Shown: in pieces, positions 14,225-26,932 of the stretch
Numbering within the stretch: the first letter of the stretch is position 1
Layout of the letters: each line of letters starts with the position of its first letter
Source of the DNA: Callorhinchus milii
Lineage: Eukaryota
Assembly (NCBI RefSeq): GCF_018977255.1
Contig: NW_024704742.1
Coordinates: 108,254,001 to 108,318,000 of the forward strand
DNA: 64,000 nt
Reading direction: 5' to 3'
Made by a program: the position numbers and the translations under genes
The notes under the pieces: generated by a model
The model's input: only the letters and a program-made list of their open reading frames with translations
Databases searched by the model: none
Told to the model about the DNA's origin: nothing

Positions 14225-14958
14225 ATACAATACAAAAATACATTTGTAAAGTGCCTTTCACGTCAGGAGGACATCCCAAGGCACTGAACAGTAGGGATTA
14301 GGACCCGAGCAGCTGTGGGGGGAAATCAGGGAGGGTGGAGAGCAGAGAGGGTAGGAGGGTGGCCAAAGGCACAGTCGAAGAGGAAGGCCTTGAGGCGTGC
14401 CTTGAAGGAGGTAAGGAATAGAGTGAGGGGAAGCCGATGGTAGGGGGACCCGGGCGGGGGACAAGGAGTAGGCCGGACACTGCTGAGCAGAGGGAGCGGA
14501 CAGGTTGATAAGGGGTTAGCAGGTCAGAGAGGTAGGAGGGGGCAAAGCCATGGAGGGCCTTGAAGGTGAGGATGAGAATTTTGAACTCTACCCTCTGAGG
14601 GATGGGGAGTAGTGGAGCCGGGCAAAGGTGGGGGTGATGGGGTCATGGAGCCTGGTGCAGGAAAGGACATGAGCTGCAGTGTTCTGGATGATCTGCAATT
14701 TGTGGAGGGAAAAGTTGGGAAGGCCGATGAGATGTTGGTGTAGTTGAGCCTAGTTGTAATGAAGGCATGTATGAGGGTTTCAGCGGCCTGAGCGGTGAGG
14801 CAGTGGCGGAGTTGGGCAATGTTGCGGAGGTGGGGGAAGGCAGAGCGGGTCATGGCACGGATGTGTGGGAGGAAGGACAGTTGAGGGTCGAACAAGACAC
14901 CTGGGTTCCTGACTGGATTTTGAGGTGGAGTGTGCATCCGTGGATGCTGATGCTGGCT
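14225..14958 (-). mobile_element. 5'-truncated L2 LINE
   Basis: ORF 14524..14937 (VRNPGVLFDPQLSFLPHI, AETLIHAFITTRLNY) and the L2 3' stem-loop. Confidence 0.92.
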
Positions 14959-16954
14959 GAAGCATAATTAATCTTCTATGCAATTTGTGGTCCTGATTAA
15001 CAAAAGATCAAATAACATTATACCCAGCAATGTAGTGGAGCGGTCCGGAGTACCTAAAATCTGGAACACAGCGAAAGGTGGATGGTCCAATGAAAGCATG
15101 GAATGGGTTGAGGGACAGTCGGATGGTTCAATGAGAGCACAGGGCAGGTTGATGGAAGGCAGATAGTTCAATGAGAAGTGACTCTTAGTAGCAAATTTTA
15201 GCAAATGCATTGGCTGTTATTTTTGTGGAATCAATTTTGAAGATAAAACCGCCAAAATAACTGATTTTATTCAAAAATGATTACACTAAAGTGAAAGTAA
15301 TTTTGTTTTACATTTTTTTTCATCCAGAAATTTTAATTGACTTTCAGAACAGTATGGAAGTGTTTATAGGGAAAGTTATAGTAAGCAAAAGATTACAATT
15401 TTGTCCGATGGGGGATAAATTAATCAGACTCGAGTGTATTAATGCTTACCATATATAATGAAACCAGGCAGTGGGAGATACTGACAGAATTATAAGTTGT
15501 ATCTTTTAAAATATTGAAGAAACCTTCAAGAATTCTTCATCAGAATGATACATCAATAGCAAATCTTTTTATCTTCTTTTACTCTGATACATAATTTTTT
15601 TTTCTTTGTAAGTCCAAAAACAGGAGGTGGTCAGCTAAGTCAAGTCTGCTTTGATTAATGATAAAGGAGAGAGTTTTCAAGTGCACTATGACTTTGCATC
15701 AATCACTGTTGGCTCTGCTCCCTTTCTCCTTTCCTTTGGAGGAACTAACTCCTGTCATTTGTTGCATGTGTCAGACAGGGATGCAGGAATTTAACGAACT
15801 CAACATCTGTTCTTAGGGCTTGGAGAATGTTTCAGGTTATAAAGTGGGCATCATTCCCAGTTAAACGGATCATTGAAGTATGCTGCTGTACAGCATATTC
15901 GTTTTGGTGCACAATACACACATAACAGCAACCATATATACTTGCTGAAGATGGATCCCTATAATTACACAATTTTATAAATGTATAAATAACACAAAAA
16001 AATCACGGTAATTGCCAATAACATTGTTACCATAATTAAACGGTGTACTGTGACAGCAATGCAATCTTGGCACTTGGCAAAGCTTGCTTACTCACCTTCT
16101 CACTGATTTAATATTTACATTCATGGCAGGTCGAGTGTTTCAGTGTTTACAGCACTTATATCCTTTTTGTTACTTCTCGTTTGGGACCTCAGATGTTTCA
16201 TAATGGTCCTTATCTCAAAGACTTTCAGTCATGACAGGTTTTCATTTCTAAAAAAAAATGCTAATTACCTTCAGCATGGTCTAAACTCATTCTTTGAATG
16301 TGGTTCAGCCTTCAGTTATAAATGAAAAGGCCATTATCCTAACAGAAGAACTCCATTCTTTTTGCTGGGTTCTTACTGTCAGGAGCAAAATAGTTTTGTT
16401 CCTGGCAGTGCAGGGTTGTGGAGTGGGAAGCTCAAAAGCTCTATATCGCACATAATTGGGTTCAATCAAATCATAACAACCAATTTTGTTGTTTTGCACA
16501 TCTGCAGCTTAATACATCGGCAGAGCTCTGGGTGCTTTGTAACATATTACAAAACTTTACCTAATTTTTTAACAACATTAAAAAATAGCTACCTCTACGA
16601 TGGTTCAAGAGACTAATGGAGCACAAGGACCTGGGTCCAATGCAATGAGCACCTGATCAGTTTACAGTGTGTGGGAGTGAATTGCAGTACTCCTGAATCC
16701 TGTTCCTCTTGGAGGTGTCAGGAGGGGGACTCCGAGGCAATTTATACTGCCTTAGCCTGCACTTAATACTGAGAATTTAATTAGCAACCCACTGACAAAA
16801 TACTAACAATCTCCCTCCAAACATGCCATATAAGCACAAAATAAGAGGTTATGTAAATCCTTGCAACACGCAAACTCCACAGCCATAAGGTTTATAAAAG
16901 CATGGAATTACATGCATGTTCTTTTAAAGAAAATGGCAGTAAAAGATTGATTAC

Positions 16955-17350
16955 ATAACAATAATCCTTGCATTTGATACAGTGCCTATAGTGTCAAAAC
17001 TTTTCAAAGTGCTTCACAGGTAATTGTTGTCAAATGTAGTCAACTTTTTTTGTGGGCAAATATGGCACCTAATTTGCATACAGCTATGTTCCGCAAACAG
17101 CCAGACCAATTTATTTGGAGGATTGTTTGATTCAGGACACCAGGAAAAATATTCTTATCTTTCTGTACAGGGACTTTTAATGTTCACCTGAACAGGCAGA
17201 CAGCAGCTTGGCTTAATGGCCCATTTGAAGGACAACACCTCTGACATTGCAGCACTTTTCAAGCATTGTAGTGTACTGTCACTCTGAACTGTAATCTAAG
17301 TCTCAACATAAACCTTCTAACAGAGAGCTGCCAATTGACCCAAGCTGTAA
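16955..17350 (-). mobile_element. Deu-domain SINE
   Basis: Reverse complement of tail (aatccttgcatttgata), Deu core (gacaccagga, ttaatgttcacctgaacaggcagac) and a decayed head. Confidence 0.7.
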
Positions 17351-17843
17351 ACTACAATGAAGTATGCATTTAAAAGTCCCTCTAATAGTATAATTGTTGC
17401 ATGGCCAGCTAACAAAAGCGCTTGTGATGTAAACAGCATTTATCCCAGGCAATCCTTTGTACATGAGGCAAAATTGTGAGACTTTGGCTTGGATTCATCA
17501 GTGCTAAAGTCGTACAACTCTAAAAACAGGGGTAGCGAGAGGAAGCTTTGAATGCAGTGATTCAAAGAAAGAGGAAGATTATGTTCATCTAAAATTCTTC
17601 CTCACTTCTGCAAACAAACTAATCATCCAAAAGTGGCACAGTCATGAAAGGTACACAACTTAAATATTAAAAGATGCTTTGAGACATCTCAACAACGTGA
17701 TAAGGTGCTTTATCAAATGCAAGGATTATTGTTATTATTAACTTCAGGTCTTGAAAGCCAGCAGAACAGAACTCCCAAAAGGTCACCTTGGGCTGTAGGT
17801 CAAACCACTTGTGTTAGGAGCATTCCCTGCAATTAGAGTTGCA

Positions 17844-18643
17844 ATCAGCATCCATGTCTGCACACTCAACCTCACTAAGCCAGTCAGGAACCTGGGTGTC
17901 TTGTTTGACCCTGAACTGTTCTTTCTCCCCCACATCCGCGCCATGACCGGCACTGCCTACCACCACCTCCGCAACATTGCCAGACTCCACCACTGCCTCA
18001 CTGTTCAAGCTGCCGAAACCCTCACCCACGCATTCGTCACATCAAGGCTCGATTACGGGAACTCCCTCCTCATCGGCCTTCCCAACTCTTCCCTTCACAG
18101 GCTGCAGATCATCCAAAACTCTGGGACTCATGTACTCTCGCGCACCAGGCTCCATGACCCCATCACTCCCACTCTCACCCGACTCCACTGGCTCCCCATC
18201 CTCCAGAGGATCAAGTTCAAGATTCTTGTCCTCACTTTCAAGACCATCCGTGGCCTTGCCCCCTCCTACCTCTCTGATCTGATGACTCTCTACCAACCTG
18301 CCCGCTTCCTCCGTTCAGTGGGCTCTGGCCTACTCCATGTCTCCCGTCCGACCTGCCCTACTATCGGTGGCCGGCCTTTCAGCCTCTCTGCCCCCATACT
18401 CTGGAACTCCATCCCATAGTCCCTTCGCCTCACTTCCTCCCTTGTCTCCTTCAAGGCTGGTCTCAAGACCCTTTTCTTTGATCGTGCCTTTGGTCGCCCT
18501 CCCACCTCTCTGCCTTCCCTCACCCCTACACCACCACCCCCTCATGCTCGGGTTTCGACACCTGACTATTCAGCGCTTTGGGATGTCCTCCCGATGTGAA
18601 AGGTGCTCTATAAATGTAATTTTGTTGTTGTTGTTGTTGTTGT
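17844..18643 (+). mobile_element. 5'-truncated L2 LINE with (TTG)n tail
   Basis: ORF 17811..18419 (VRNLGVLFD, HAFVTSRLDYGNSLL, LHWLP, RIKFKIL, LWNSIP); ends aaatgtaattt(tgt)n. Confidence 0.95.
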
Positions 18644-18667
18644 TAAGAGAAGCATTCAAATAGTGGT

Positions 18668-18960
18668 CATAATAATAATAATCCTCACAGTTGATATAGG
18701 TAGGATGGCTCAAAACGCTTCACAGCAAAAACTGTAAAATTGAATGACTGTGTATTTTGTAGGTGAATGCAGCAGCCAATTTGTGCACAGCCTTATCCCC
18801 CAAACAGCCATGACGTGAATGACAAATTGTATTTATTATTTGGGGGGATTGTTGGCCAGGATGCCAGGAAAGACTCCTTTTTCTTTTCTGATATTATCAT
18901 GAGATCTTTAACGTTCACCTGAACAGGACCTCAGTTTAAAGTCTCATCCAAAGGATACAC
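18668..18960 (-). mobile_element. Deu-domain SINE remnant
   Basis: gcagccaatttgtgcacagc; ttggccaggatgccagga; atgagatctttaacgttcacctgaacagg. Confidence 0.7.
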
Positions 18961-20150
18961 AAGAATGGAAAGACTTGATGCTAGCTGGACGTTGACCAAC
19001 TTATCTCTAACAAAAAAAACCTCTGCTAACCTTTCTAGGTAATGACTGAGTATACCTGGGGCTTTGTTTCCAAATGACACACAGAAACATAATCAGTCTG
19101 GATAATTATGTTTATAGAGAAAACAAAACTCTACAAATCTGTACAACATGGTATTTCCTCTAAGATAGAAAGCATGTGGTGGCAGGTAGAATTTAGACAA
19201 TGTAATTTCTGGAAATAAATTAAACACAGACATGACTTTGGGAGAAGAAATAAACTTTGGATGTGGGTTTAGAATTTGTCATGAATGGGGACCCTTGCAT
19301 AGAACAGATGGAGGAGATCATGTGCCATACATATTATGAGATACACACTTAATAAGGAACAGTGTCCTGAATTGACACTATTAACCATTGGCTGATTTAT
19401 ATCTGTGTAGACTTTGATCAAATGTGAAAGCATTTGTTGTTCAAGCTGCGCAACAAAAATATATACAAAATATAAGGAGGGAATTTGTGATATTTCATGA
19501 CAGATATGCTCTGATAATTCTCACATCAAATTTGTTATGTAATGTTGCACAATTAGCCCCATTGCCTGCAAACCTCTGGAGGAATTTCCAAGCATTGGTG
19601 ATACATCTCCAATCCCATGTGTTATTTTCAAACAAAATATTTCCTGTAAATCCAAGAGATGGGACAAAATGAAATACATATGTTTTCAAGTATCCCAAAG
19701 CTGTTGGAAGTTACTATGAAGTAATGCCCCCCATGTGTATTCAGAAAATTGCTTCCCACCACTTTGGTGCAATATAATTTACACTGTCCCTGCAGTTTGA
19801 GCAAATCTGGCAAGTTGCCCACTGTCTCCTAGGAGAGCTGTCTGTTGATACACAATAACAGTGATATTACAAATATGCAGTAGTATAATTTCTGTTCCCT
19901 CTGATAATTATGTGGCTCAGGAATACTGTTAATCGTAAAAAAAATTAAAAATTAAAACTTAAAACGATGTATAATGAAGTGATTAATGTAAGCAGCTAGT
20001 GTAGCTGTCTTCTAAGAGTGGTTTTACATTGTGTGCACAGGAATGGATCATCACATAGTTGAGTGGCATTCACTTAGATCTTTTTAGGATATTATTTTCA
20101 TTGTGTCTTAGTGTGTGCCTTAGTATTTGCAGGGAATTATTATAATTTGT

Positions 20151-20461
20151 GGAGTCCTGTAGCTCAGTGGTTAGAGCACATGCCTTGCAAGCGAGAGACC
20201 TGGGTTCGATTCCCAGCAGGGTGAAATTTTGGGCAGGTTTCCTTACTCCACACGCCTGATAATAATCCCTCAAGAAAAAAAACAATAATAATTTGGTCAC
20301 TCAATCCACAACTGTTTGTGGGACACTGCTGTGTGCAATTGGCTACCGCATTTCGCCCACAAATATACAGTCAATTCACCTTACAGTATATTCTGTGAAG
20401 CGCTTTGAGACGTCTAGAAGACGTGAAAAGCGCTATATCAAATGCAAGGATTATTATTATT
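20151..20461 (+). mobile_element. tRNA-Ala-headed SINE, short variant, full length
   Basis: Near-identical to the 5066 and 60306 copies; B box ggttcgattccc intact. Confidence 0.93.
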
Positions 20462-22920
20462 CACACAACTATAGTCTTCTCAGCTGTGAAGTTCTAGTGC
20501 CATCTTCATACTCGCTTGGGCTACTTTATAGGATTTCCCACAGGACAGAGAATATTTAGTGGACAGCAGAATAGAAAAATAACTGCATGTGGAAGCGTGT
20601 ACACATAATTTGGGGTTATTTCTGACCACAGGATCTTCCCAATGATTGTGGTTGGGGATACCATTCACTGGCCAACAAGCAAAAGCACTATGCTGCGTTG
20701 TACAGGCAGTGTGAGATGCTCAGTCCACCAGCAGCCAGAAAACAATGGCTGACTATGAACAACTAAATATTTCACCTTGTTAGATGGATCTCAGATACTT
20801 TAGAGGCTGCAGCATCAACTTGTTAGCTTTCCAATGCTGGCACTGGATTTGCCATCGTTAGCATTGCTTAAAATAAATGGGGAAACATATCCTATCACTT
20901 TAATACCCTTATACACTAATATTCTATACAAGAGTCAGGCTTGTATTGTTTCTTTAATATATTTGGCACTCTGAGACACTATTCTGCAGGAAGGACAGTA
21001 AATAAATACAACTTGTTGTTCTTCAATAGAAATTACTTAGTTTTGGAACATTTAGTAATCATTTTTATGCAGATTATTTTTGAGGTTGCAAATCTAAAAA
21101 TAAAAACTCCAGATCTCAAACAATTAATATTCAAACTACCTTAATAAACACAAGCAGAATGTAATTTCGTGATTGTAAACGGAAAAAATGTATATGAGAA
21201 CGTTTTGTCAGTAAAACACAACATTTTCTATGGATAACAGATGGCAGTCAAATGCTAAGTTCTTAATGCATACATATTTGCACCACAGAGATTAGGAATG
21301 TCATATTATATACTATTATTAATGTACAGCATGACTTCTGACACACTAAAGTGTTTAAGTCATCATTACATGCATAGCACTAGGAAGAACAGCTGCCCAC
21401 AGCTCAAGTAAGTTTGTGAACTAATCCCCAAGGTGGTTTTCAAATTTTTTTAAAGTGTTGTAAGACTATTTGGAATTTGGTCGAGTGGATTCCAGAGCAT
21501 GAACATCATGAACCAGAGCCTTTTCCCAGTAAAATAAAATAAAAATGTTGGTGGGAACTTCGGTTGTTGCAAGAGTGCTTCAGAAATCAACAGAAATTGA
21601 TAAAACTACTGTGTGTGCGGCAAAGCAGCACAAGCTGCCCTCCAATTACAAATGGTCCACCTCTATCAAAGCACCACGTACAAAATCTCAGAAGTGCAAC
21701 TGCAAAAAGTATTAAAGAAAATAAAAGCATCAATGTCAATAAGCATTAGTGGCCAGTGTGGCAAAAAGAAAAGGAAGCTTAACCCTAGAGTGAGGAATAT
21801 AAAGTAAAAACCCAGCTCAATTGATAGAATGTTGGGACACTTCTTTTTAAAAGCATAATGCATTCTTTTTGAAGCCTTGTCAAGCAACTTACACAAAACT
21901 GTGAGGTATCCAGGGTTGAACTCTGAAGTCTGCTGATACATTTACTCAATAGCAGGTAGATTGTACAATGGTCTGAACTTCATGAATAATTTAGAAGAGA
22001 AGCAATTTTTAATCAGTCAAAATTCAGGCTGAAATGGTGCATTCAAAAAGTGTAATCTGTGTAAACTAGAAACTGTCACTGCACATTTGTTCCACTCGGT
22101 ATCTGACAGGTCACTGTCTTGACACGGAAAAACTCATGTGACCTTTCCCCAATTTCTATGACATACAGCATATTTTTTCCATCAGAGACCTCTGTGTCAC
22201 CGACTCTGCTGTTACTAGTAAATACAATATAGCTGCAAAAAAATTGGATTCTATAATAATGAACAGCCATAAAGGTCACACACATACACACACAGCTGCA
22301 CAATTTCAACTGCATCTCCAGCAATCAATTGCGATTATTGTCATCGGCTCAATCCCACACTCACTATCACTGCCCTGCTGAATTCTTGTGATGTGAACTT
22401 TCATGCAGGTGTTTTCATGGGGACAATTCTGAACATTTAGATTGCTATAAGGTAGTTGTATTTTTCAGAAGATTCAAAGCGAAAAAAAATTCACATTTTT
22501 GCTGGCGGGCAAAGTTGTCTTTTTCACAAACATTTGGTCCTACATAAACTAAGAACATTATTTTCTTTCTTTAACATTGTGTAAGTGCACGTTTAGTAGG
22601 TTAATATTACAGAAAAATAGGAATGGAGAAATATACAAAAAGGAATAGATTATCAGGGTCCTTCTGACCAATATCATTTACTAAATACCGTTACTCTCTA
22701 ACTCTCCTAATGCCCAATGCAGCAGTTTAAAAAAGGCATTAAGCACACCTGCCAGACATAAATATAAACATAAGGGGTTATATCAATTTTATGGCTGAGT
22801 CTTAATTTTTTTTTAGCTAAATAGTTTTCGTATTTCACCAATTAATTCAAGATTAAAAAGACAAGCTCAATATTGACCTCCCTGGCTGCCTCTGTTTGCA
22901 TTTGCTTCCAAGACACTTAC

Positions 22921-23043
22921 CACCTGCTGAAAGTTAAGGTTGTCCATCTTGCCGTAGCAAAGGTCTAGAAGAGTTAAGGGATGTTTTGTCAGATTCCTCC
23001 CAGACATCAGCCATGGCATGGAAAGATTCTCGATACTCGTTGC
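22921..23043 (-). CDS. Exon H (ATSIENLSMPWLMSGRNLTKHPLTLLDLCYGKMDNLNFQQV)
   Basis: ttcttattttag acceptor, GTG|gtaagt donor, 123 nt, phase 0 to 0. Confidence 0.9.
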
Positions 23044-23109
23044 CTAAAATAAGAATTTAAATATTAAAAACAGAATTTTGAACAGGCTTGAATTTTGTTT
23101 GGAATACAA

Positions 23110-23390
23110 TATACATTTATATTTGGAATACAATATACTCCTTTCACATCAGGAGGATGTCTCAAAGCGCTTGACGCTGCTAGTTGGGCACTCAATCTGG
23201 GGATGGGAGCCAAAGAAGGTGGGGAGGCGAAAGTTAACTCAAAGAAGATGTCTTGAAATAGGCCTCCAATGAGGGGAGGGAGCAAGTTGGAGGAACTCCA
23301 GGATGGATGCAGAGAGTAGGAGCAGAAAGGCTGAAAGCTCGCCTTATGGTGGGGCAGAAAGAGTGGGTGACACGAAGCAGGCCAGCGTTC
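23110..23390 (-). mobile_element. L2 3' fragment close to the exon H acceptor
   Basis: CPTI.RRAFSLSAPTL remnant and tail cctttcacatcaggaggatgtctcaaagcgct. Confidence 0.75.
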
Positions 23391-23589
23391 ACTAAAATTG
23401 GAAATGGAATTACAGTAAATTCAAGCTGTGCTAACATCCTTTTGGTTATGTAAACAGTGTAATAATAAAACAAGTTCAACTGAAACACAAATAGAGAATG
23501 TAAAAGAATAAATCAACACATTTAAATCCGATTCTTTCTAGCACTTGCATTCACACTAAAAAAGTTTCACTTTTAGCTTTATATTGTTG

Positions 23590-24155
23590 TGTCAGGTTGA
23601 CTCGGTTTGTAGCACTCTCTTCACTGATTCAAGCACCTTGTCGGGATCATAGTCTAAGCTGACACTTTAATACAGTGCTGAGAGTACGATGTATTATCAA
23701 AGGTGCTATTGTTTGGATGAAACATTAAACTGCGATCCTGTCGCAGTTCCATGGCACTATTCGAAAGAGAATTGAATTTCTCCTGGTGTCCTGGCCAACA
23801 ATTCACCGGATAAAATTGGCAATTGACTTAGTACATAATTAAGTCAATTGCTAATTTTATTAGAGAGTTAATGGATAATTAGTTGGGAGGTCAAGTTTGC
23901 AGGGCTATGAGGAGAGAGTGGGGGAATGGGATTGAATTGGATAGTTCTTTTCAAAGAGCTGGCACAGACACGATGGGCCAAATGGCCTCCTTCTGCAATA
24001 TATAATTCTATGATTCTATGACTTCATGGCTGTTTGTGATCAAATTGGCTACTACAAATTTTCTTACAGACTTTACACTAAAACCTTGTGAAACACTTTG
24101 AAACATTTTGATGATGTGATAAGGCATTGGATCAAATGCAAAGATCATTATTTTA
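23590..24155 (+). mobile_element. Deu-SINE interrupted by a CR1 3' UTR (~23862-24021)
   Basis: Deu core to ~23805; CR1 UTR gagctggcacagacacgatgggccaaatggcctcc...ttctatgattctatga; SINE tail resumes at ~24030. Confidence 0.8.
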
Positions 24156-25029
24156 TAATGCTTATTTTCTAACTTATCATCACAAACCATTATGAAGTAA
24201 TGCAGATTTCAACCCCAGGATATTTTAAGCCGATAATAACTAATTAAAATGTCTATATTATAATCTACATCCAAATATTGATGAACTAAATATGTAAGAA
24301 TAGATTCCAATGTACTGTAAGTAAAAATGGCCTCAACCACTGAATATTTGGAAAAAAGTCAAATTATTTTTTTCTGAAGTGGTCAACAAAATTTTGCAAG
24401 TATTTCTCTGTTCATTCAGCCATCAAATTATTGCTGAACTTTGGATTTTTTTTGAAACAATCACACATATCATGGCAGAGTGACAGCAGCAAATGTAAAC
24501 CAATCAGTCCATTGAGAAAACTGAAGTTGAAGGATTGCAGTAGTATTCAGCAAAAAGTCACTCATTAAAACAAACATTCGCTGCATCTGTATCTGAACCT
24601 CTGCGTAGAATTTAAAACAACTTTTGTATTGTTCTCATTCTGAGAAAGCAGCCAGGTTACAAACAGAACTGAATTTCTCAAATGTTAACATCCTGAGATG
24701 TGGATAAAAATGCCACAAAACAACAGAATATCAACTATAACAATGACTGAATACAAAAAATGAAGAATGCAAAAAATCCCTGTTCTGAATAAGTTTATGA
24801 AAATTTACAAACCTAATACTTTTAATAGAACACTTTGTCTTTGCATTTGCAATTAACATAGTCTTTCTGGCAGTCAAATCAGTTTGGTTTACAGGACACA
24901 ACTTGCAAGAAACAATTTTTCAAAGTACTTTTATTCAAATAACAGGATAAAAATAAGAATGATTAATGTCCTTTTAAAATTAATGTTCTTTTACAAAAAG
25001 AAAATTAACATGACTATAGGTCATAGAGT

Positions 25030-25370
25030 TAAAAGGCTTAGATAAAGGCACTGCTCAATGTAATATTAAACTGTCTAGGCCAGAATGCCACAAGTTTGAT
25101 TTGTAGTTCTGCTTGGGTTAGCTGATGACATCAGTGGAGAAGAGTGTGTGTGGATGGTGTTTATGTGTGTGGGGGTGGTGTGGGGCTAGGGTAAGGGTTC
25201 CTTTTCCTGATCGTCAAATCTGGAAAGTTTGGGGTTGGTGGACATCTGATGAGAACAGGATTAGGCTTGGTGATAATGCATTCTGCATCTTATATGTTCT
25301 GTAAATATATAAGATGGCTATTTGACTCAGCCCATGAGAACAATATTAGAGGGAACAGGTATAAAGTAGA
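25030..25370 (+). mobile_element. Ancient SINE remnant (LF-SINE-like)
   Basis: Degenerate gggttagctgat, agggttcc..tcctgatcg and tggacatc.gatgag.acaggatt.ggcttgg motifs, matched from memory of the family only. Confidence 0.35.
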
Positions 25371-26429
25371 AAAGCCTCAAATTTAATTTTCTTTCCCTCA
25401 TACAATTTTCTTTCTTGTCAAAGTAGGTAATATGTGCAACTGGTTCCCAACAAAATCACTTGATCCTGTATCAAACAACTAATTTAAAAAAAGTAAATTG
25501 GGTATCTACTTGATCAAGATGCATGCAACAGTAGATTGTAACAAATACTTCATGGAACAATGGCAAAATTGTGTATTGCCGGGTTGGTTCGGAGAAATAG
25601 AGGGAATGTTATCTGTAGTGGGAAAAAATCCAGGTGAACGGTAGGCATGTGGGGATGGAGGAATAATAATAATCTTTGTATTTGAAATAGCGCTTTTCAC
25701 ATCTTCTCAAAGCACTTCACAGAATAGACTGTAAAGTGAATTGACTGTATATTTTGTGGGGAAAACAAATATATTATGCAGTCTTAATATAATTATGCTT
25801 TACATTTGATATAGAGAGCTTTCATGTTGAGAGGATGTCTCAAACTGCTTCAGTTGATTTGCACAAAGCACTGTTTTGCTCAGTGATTGGAACATTTGCT
25901 CAGAAAATAATGTGGCTGAGGTGGAGTTAACAAAAGAGCATTCTATGGATTGTTTGTGTAAAGATGGCCTGAATAGTTTGTGTACATCTTTAAATGCTCG
26001 CTGCCTTTGTTGTTCACAAAGAATGGACAATAGGCTAGATAGGCAGGCAGAGGGCTGCCACGGATAGTGAAAGCAAGAGCCAGTACATTCATTAGATGAG
26101 AAGGAAGAGGCAAAAATGAAAAAAAAGCAGCAGCAATTTGTTGGTCAGCCGGGTATCTGACACATGCAGCAAACCACCACAATGTTTAAAAGTATCCAAA
26201 CCAGATTTCCACCTAAACATGGAAATTCAGTTTATTTGCAAAAGCAATCATGTAATTAATAGTGCTAGTATTTCCTAAATGAAGGCTGTGACCAAATTAG
26301 GCATCCTGAGATTTGTACTTGCAAAATGAACATTAACCTTTTCAGCAGAAAGTTTTACATGGCTTATACTTGTCATGAATTCTACCACAATATGGGGTTG
26401 ATATGAAATATATAATAATAACCCTCAAT

Positions 26430-26604
26430 CCCTTTGCCTTGCCCCCTCTCTCCCCTCTTTCAAGTCCCGCCTGAAAACTTTCCTCTTAGACCGTGCCTAT
26501 GGCCACCTCCCTCCTCCCGCTGGCTCAGAGTCAGGCTCCACCACTGTAAGCACTCTGAGACACTACCCTGCGTGGAGGGTACTATATGAGTGCAAGTTGT
26601 TGTA
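26430..26604 (+). mobile_element. L2 3' end
   Basis: ttcaagtcccgcctgaaaactttcctctt (FKSRLKTFL) and tail tgcaagttgttg. Confidence 0.75.
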
Positions 26605-26605
26605 T

Positions 26606-26932
26606 TACATCTTCGATGTCTCAAAGCGCTTCACAAAATATACTGTAAAGTGAATTAACTGTATATTTTGTGGACGAAACGCAGCAGCCAATTGCACACA
26701 GCAGTGACCTACAAACAGTCATGGAATGAGTGACCAATTTATTATTTTTAAGGAATTATTACCCCCGGAAAAGCGATCCGCCAATCAACTAACAACCAGG
26801 TTCCTACTTACTGTTAGGTAAACAGAGGCATGTGGAGTAAGGAAACTTGCCCAAGGTTTTGCCCTGCTGGGAATCGAACCCAGGTCTCTCTCTTGCGAGG
26901 CAAATGCTCTAATCACTGAGCTACAGGACTCC
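26606..26932 (-). mobile_element. tRNA-headed SINE, long variant
   Basis: Same head and tail as the short variant, plus a ~60-nt internal segment at ~26760-26825. Confidence 0.9.

Noticed and set aside
20151..20222. tRNA-Ala(TGC) gene (also at 5066, 26932, 29197, 54151, 60306)
   Set aside because: The acceptor stem does not close, and each copy runs into the same SINE body and tail.
25245..25260. ctgatga as a hammerhead ribozyme core (also minus strand ~2775 and ~39880)
   Set aside because: No properly placed GAAA and flanking stems were identified.
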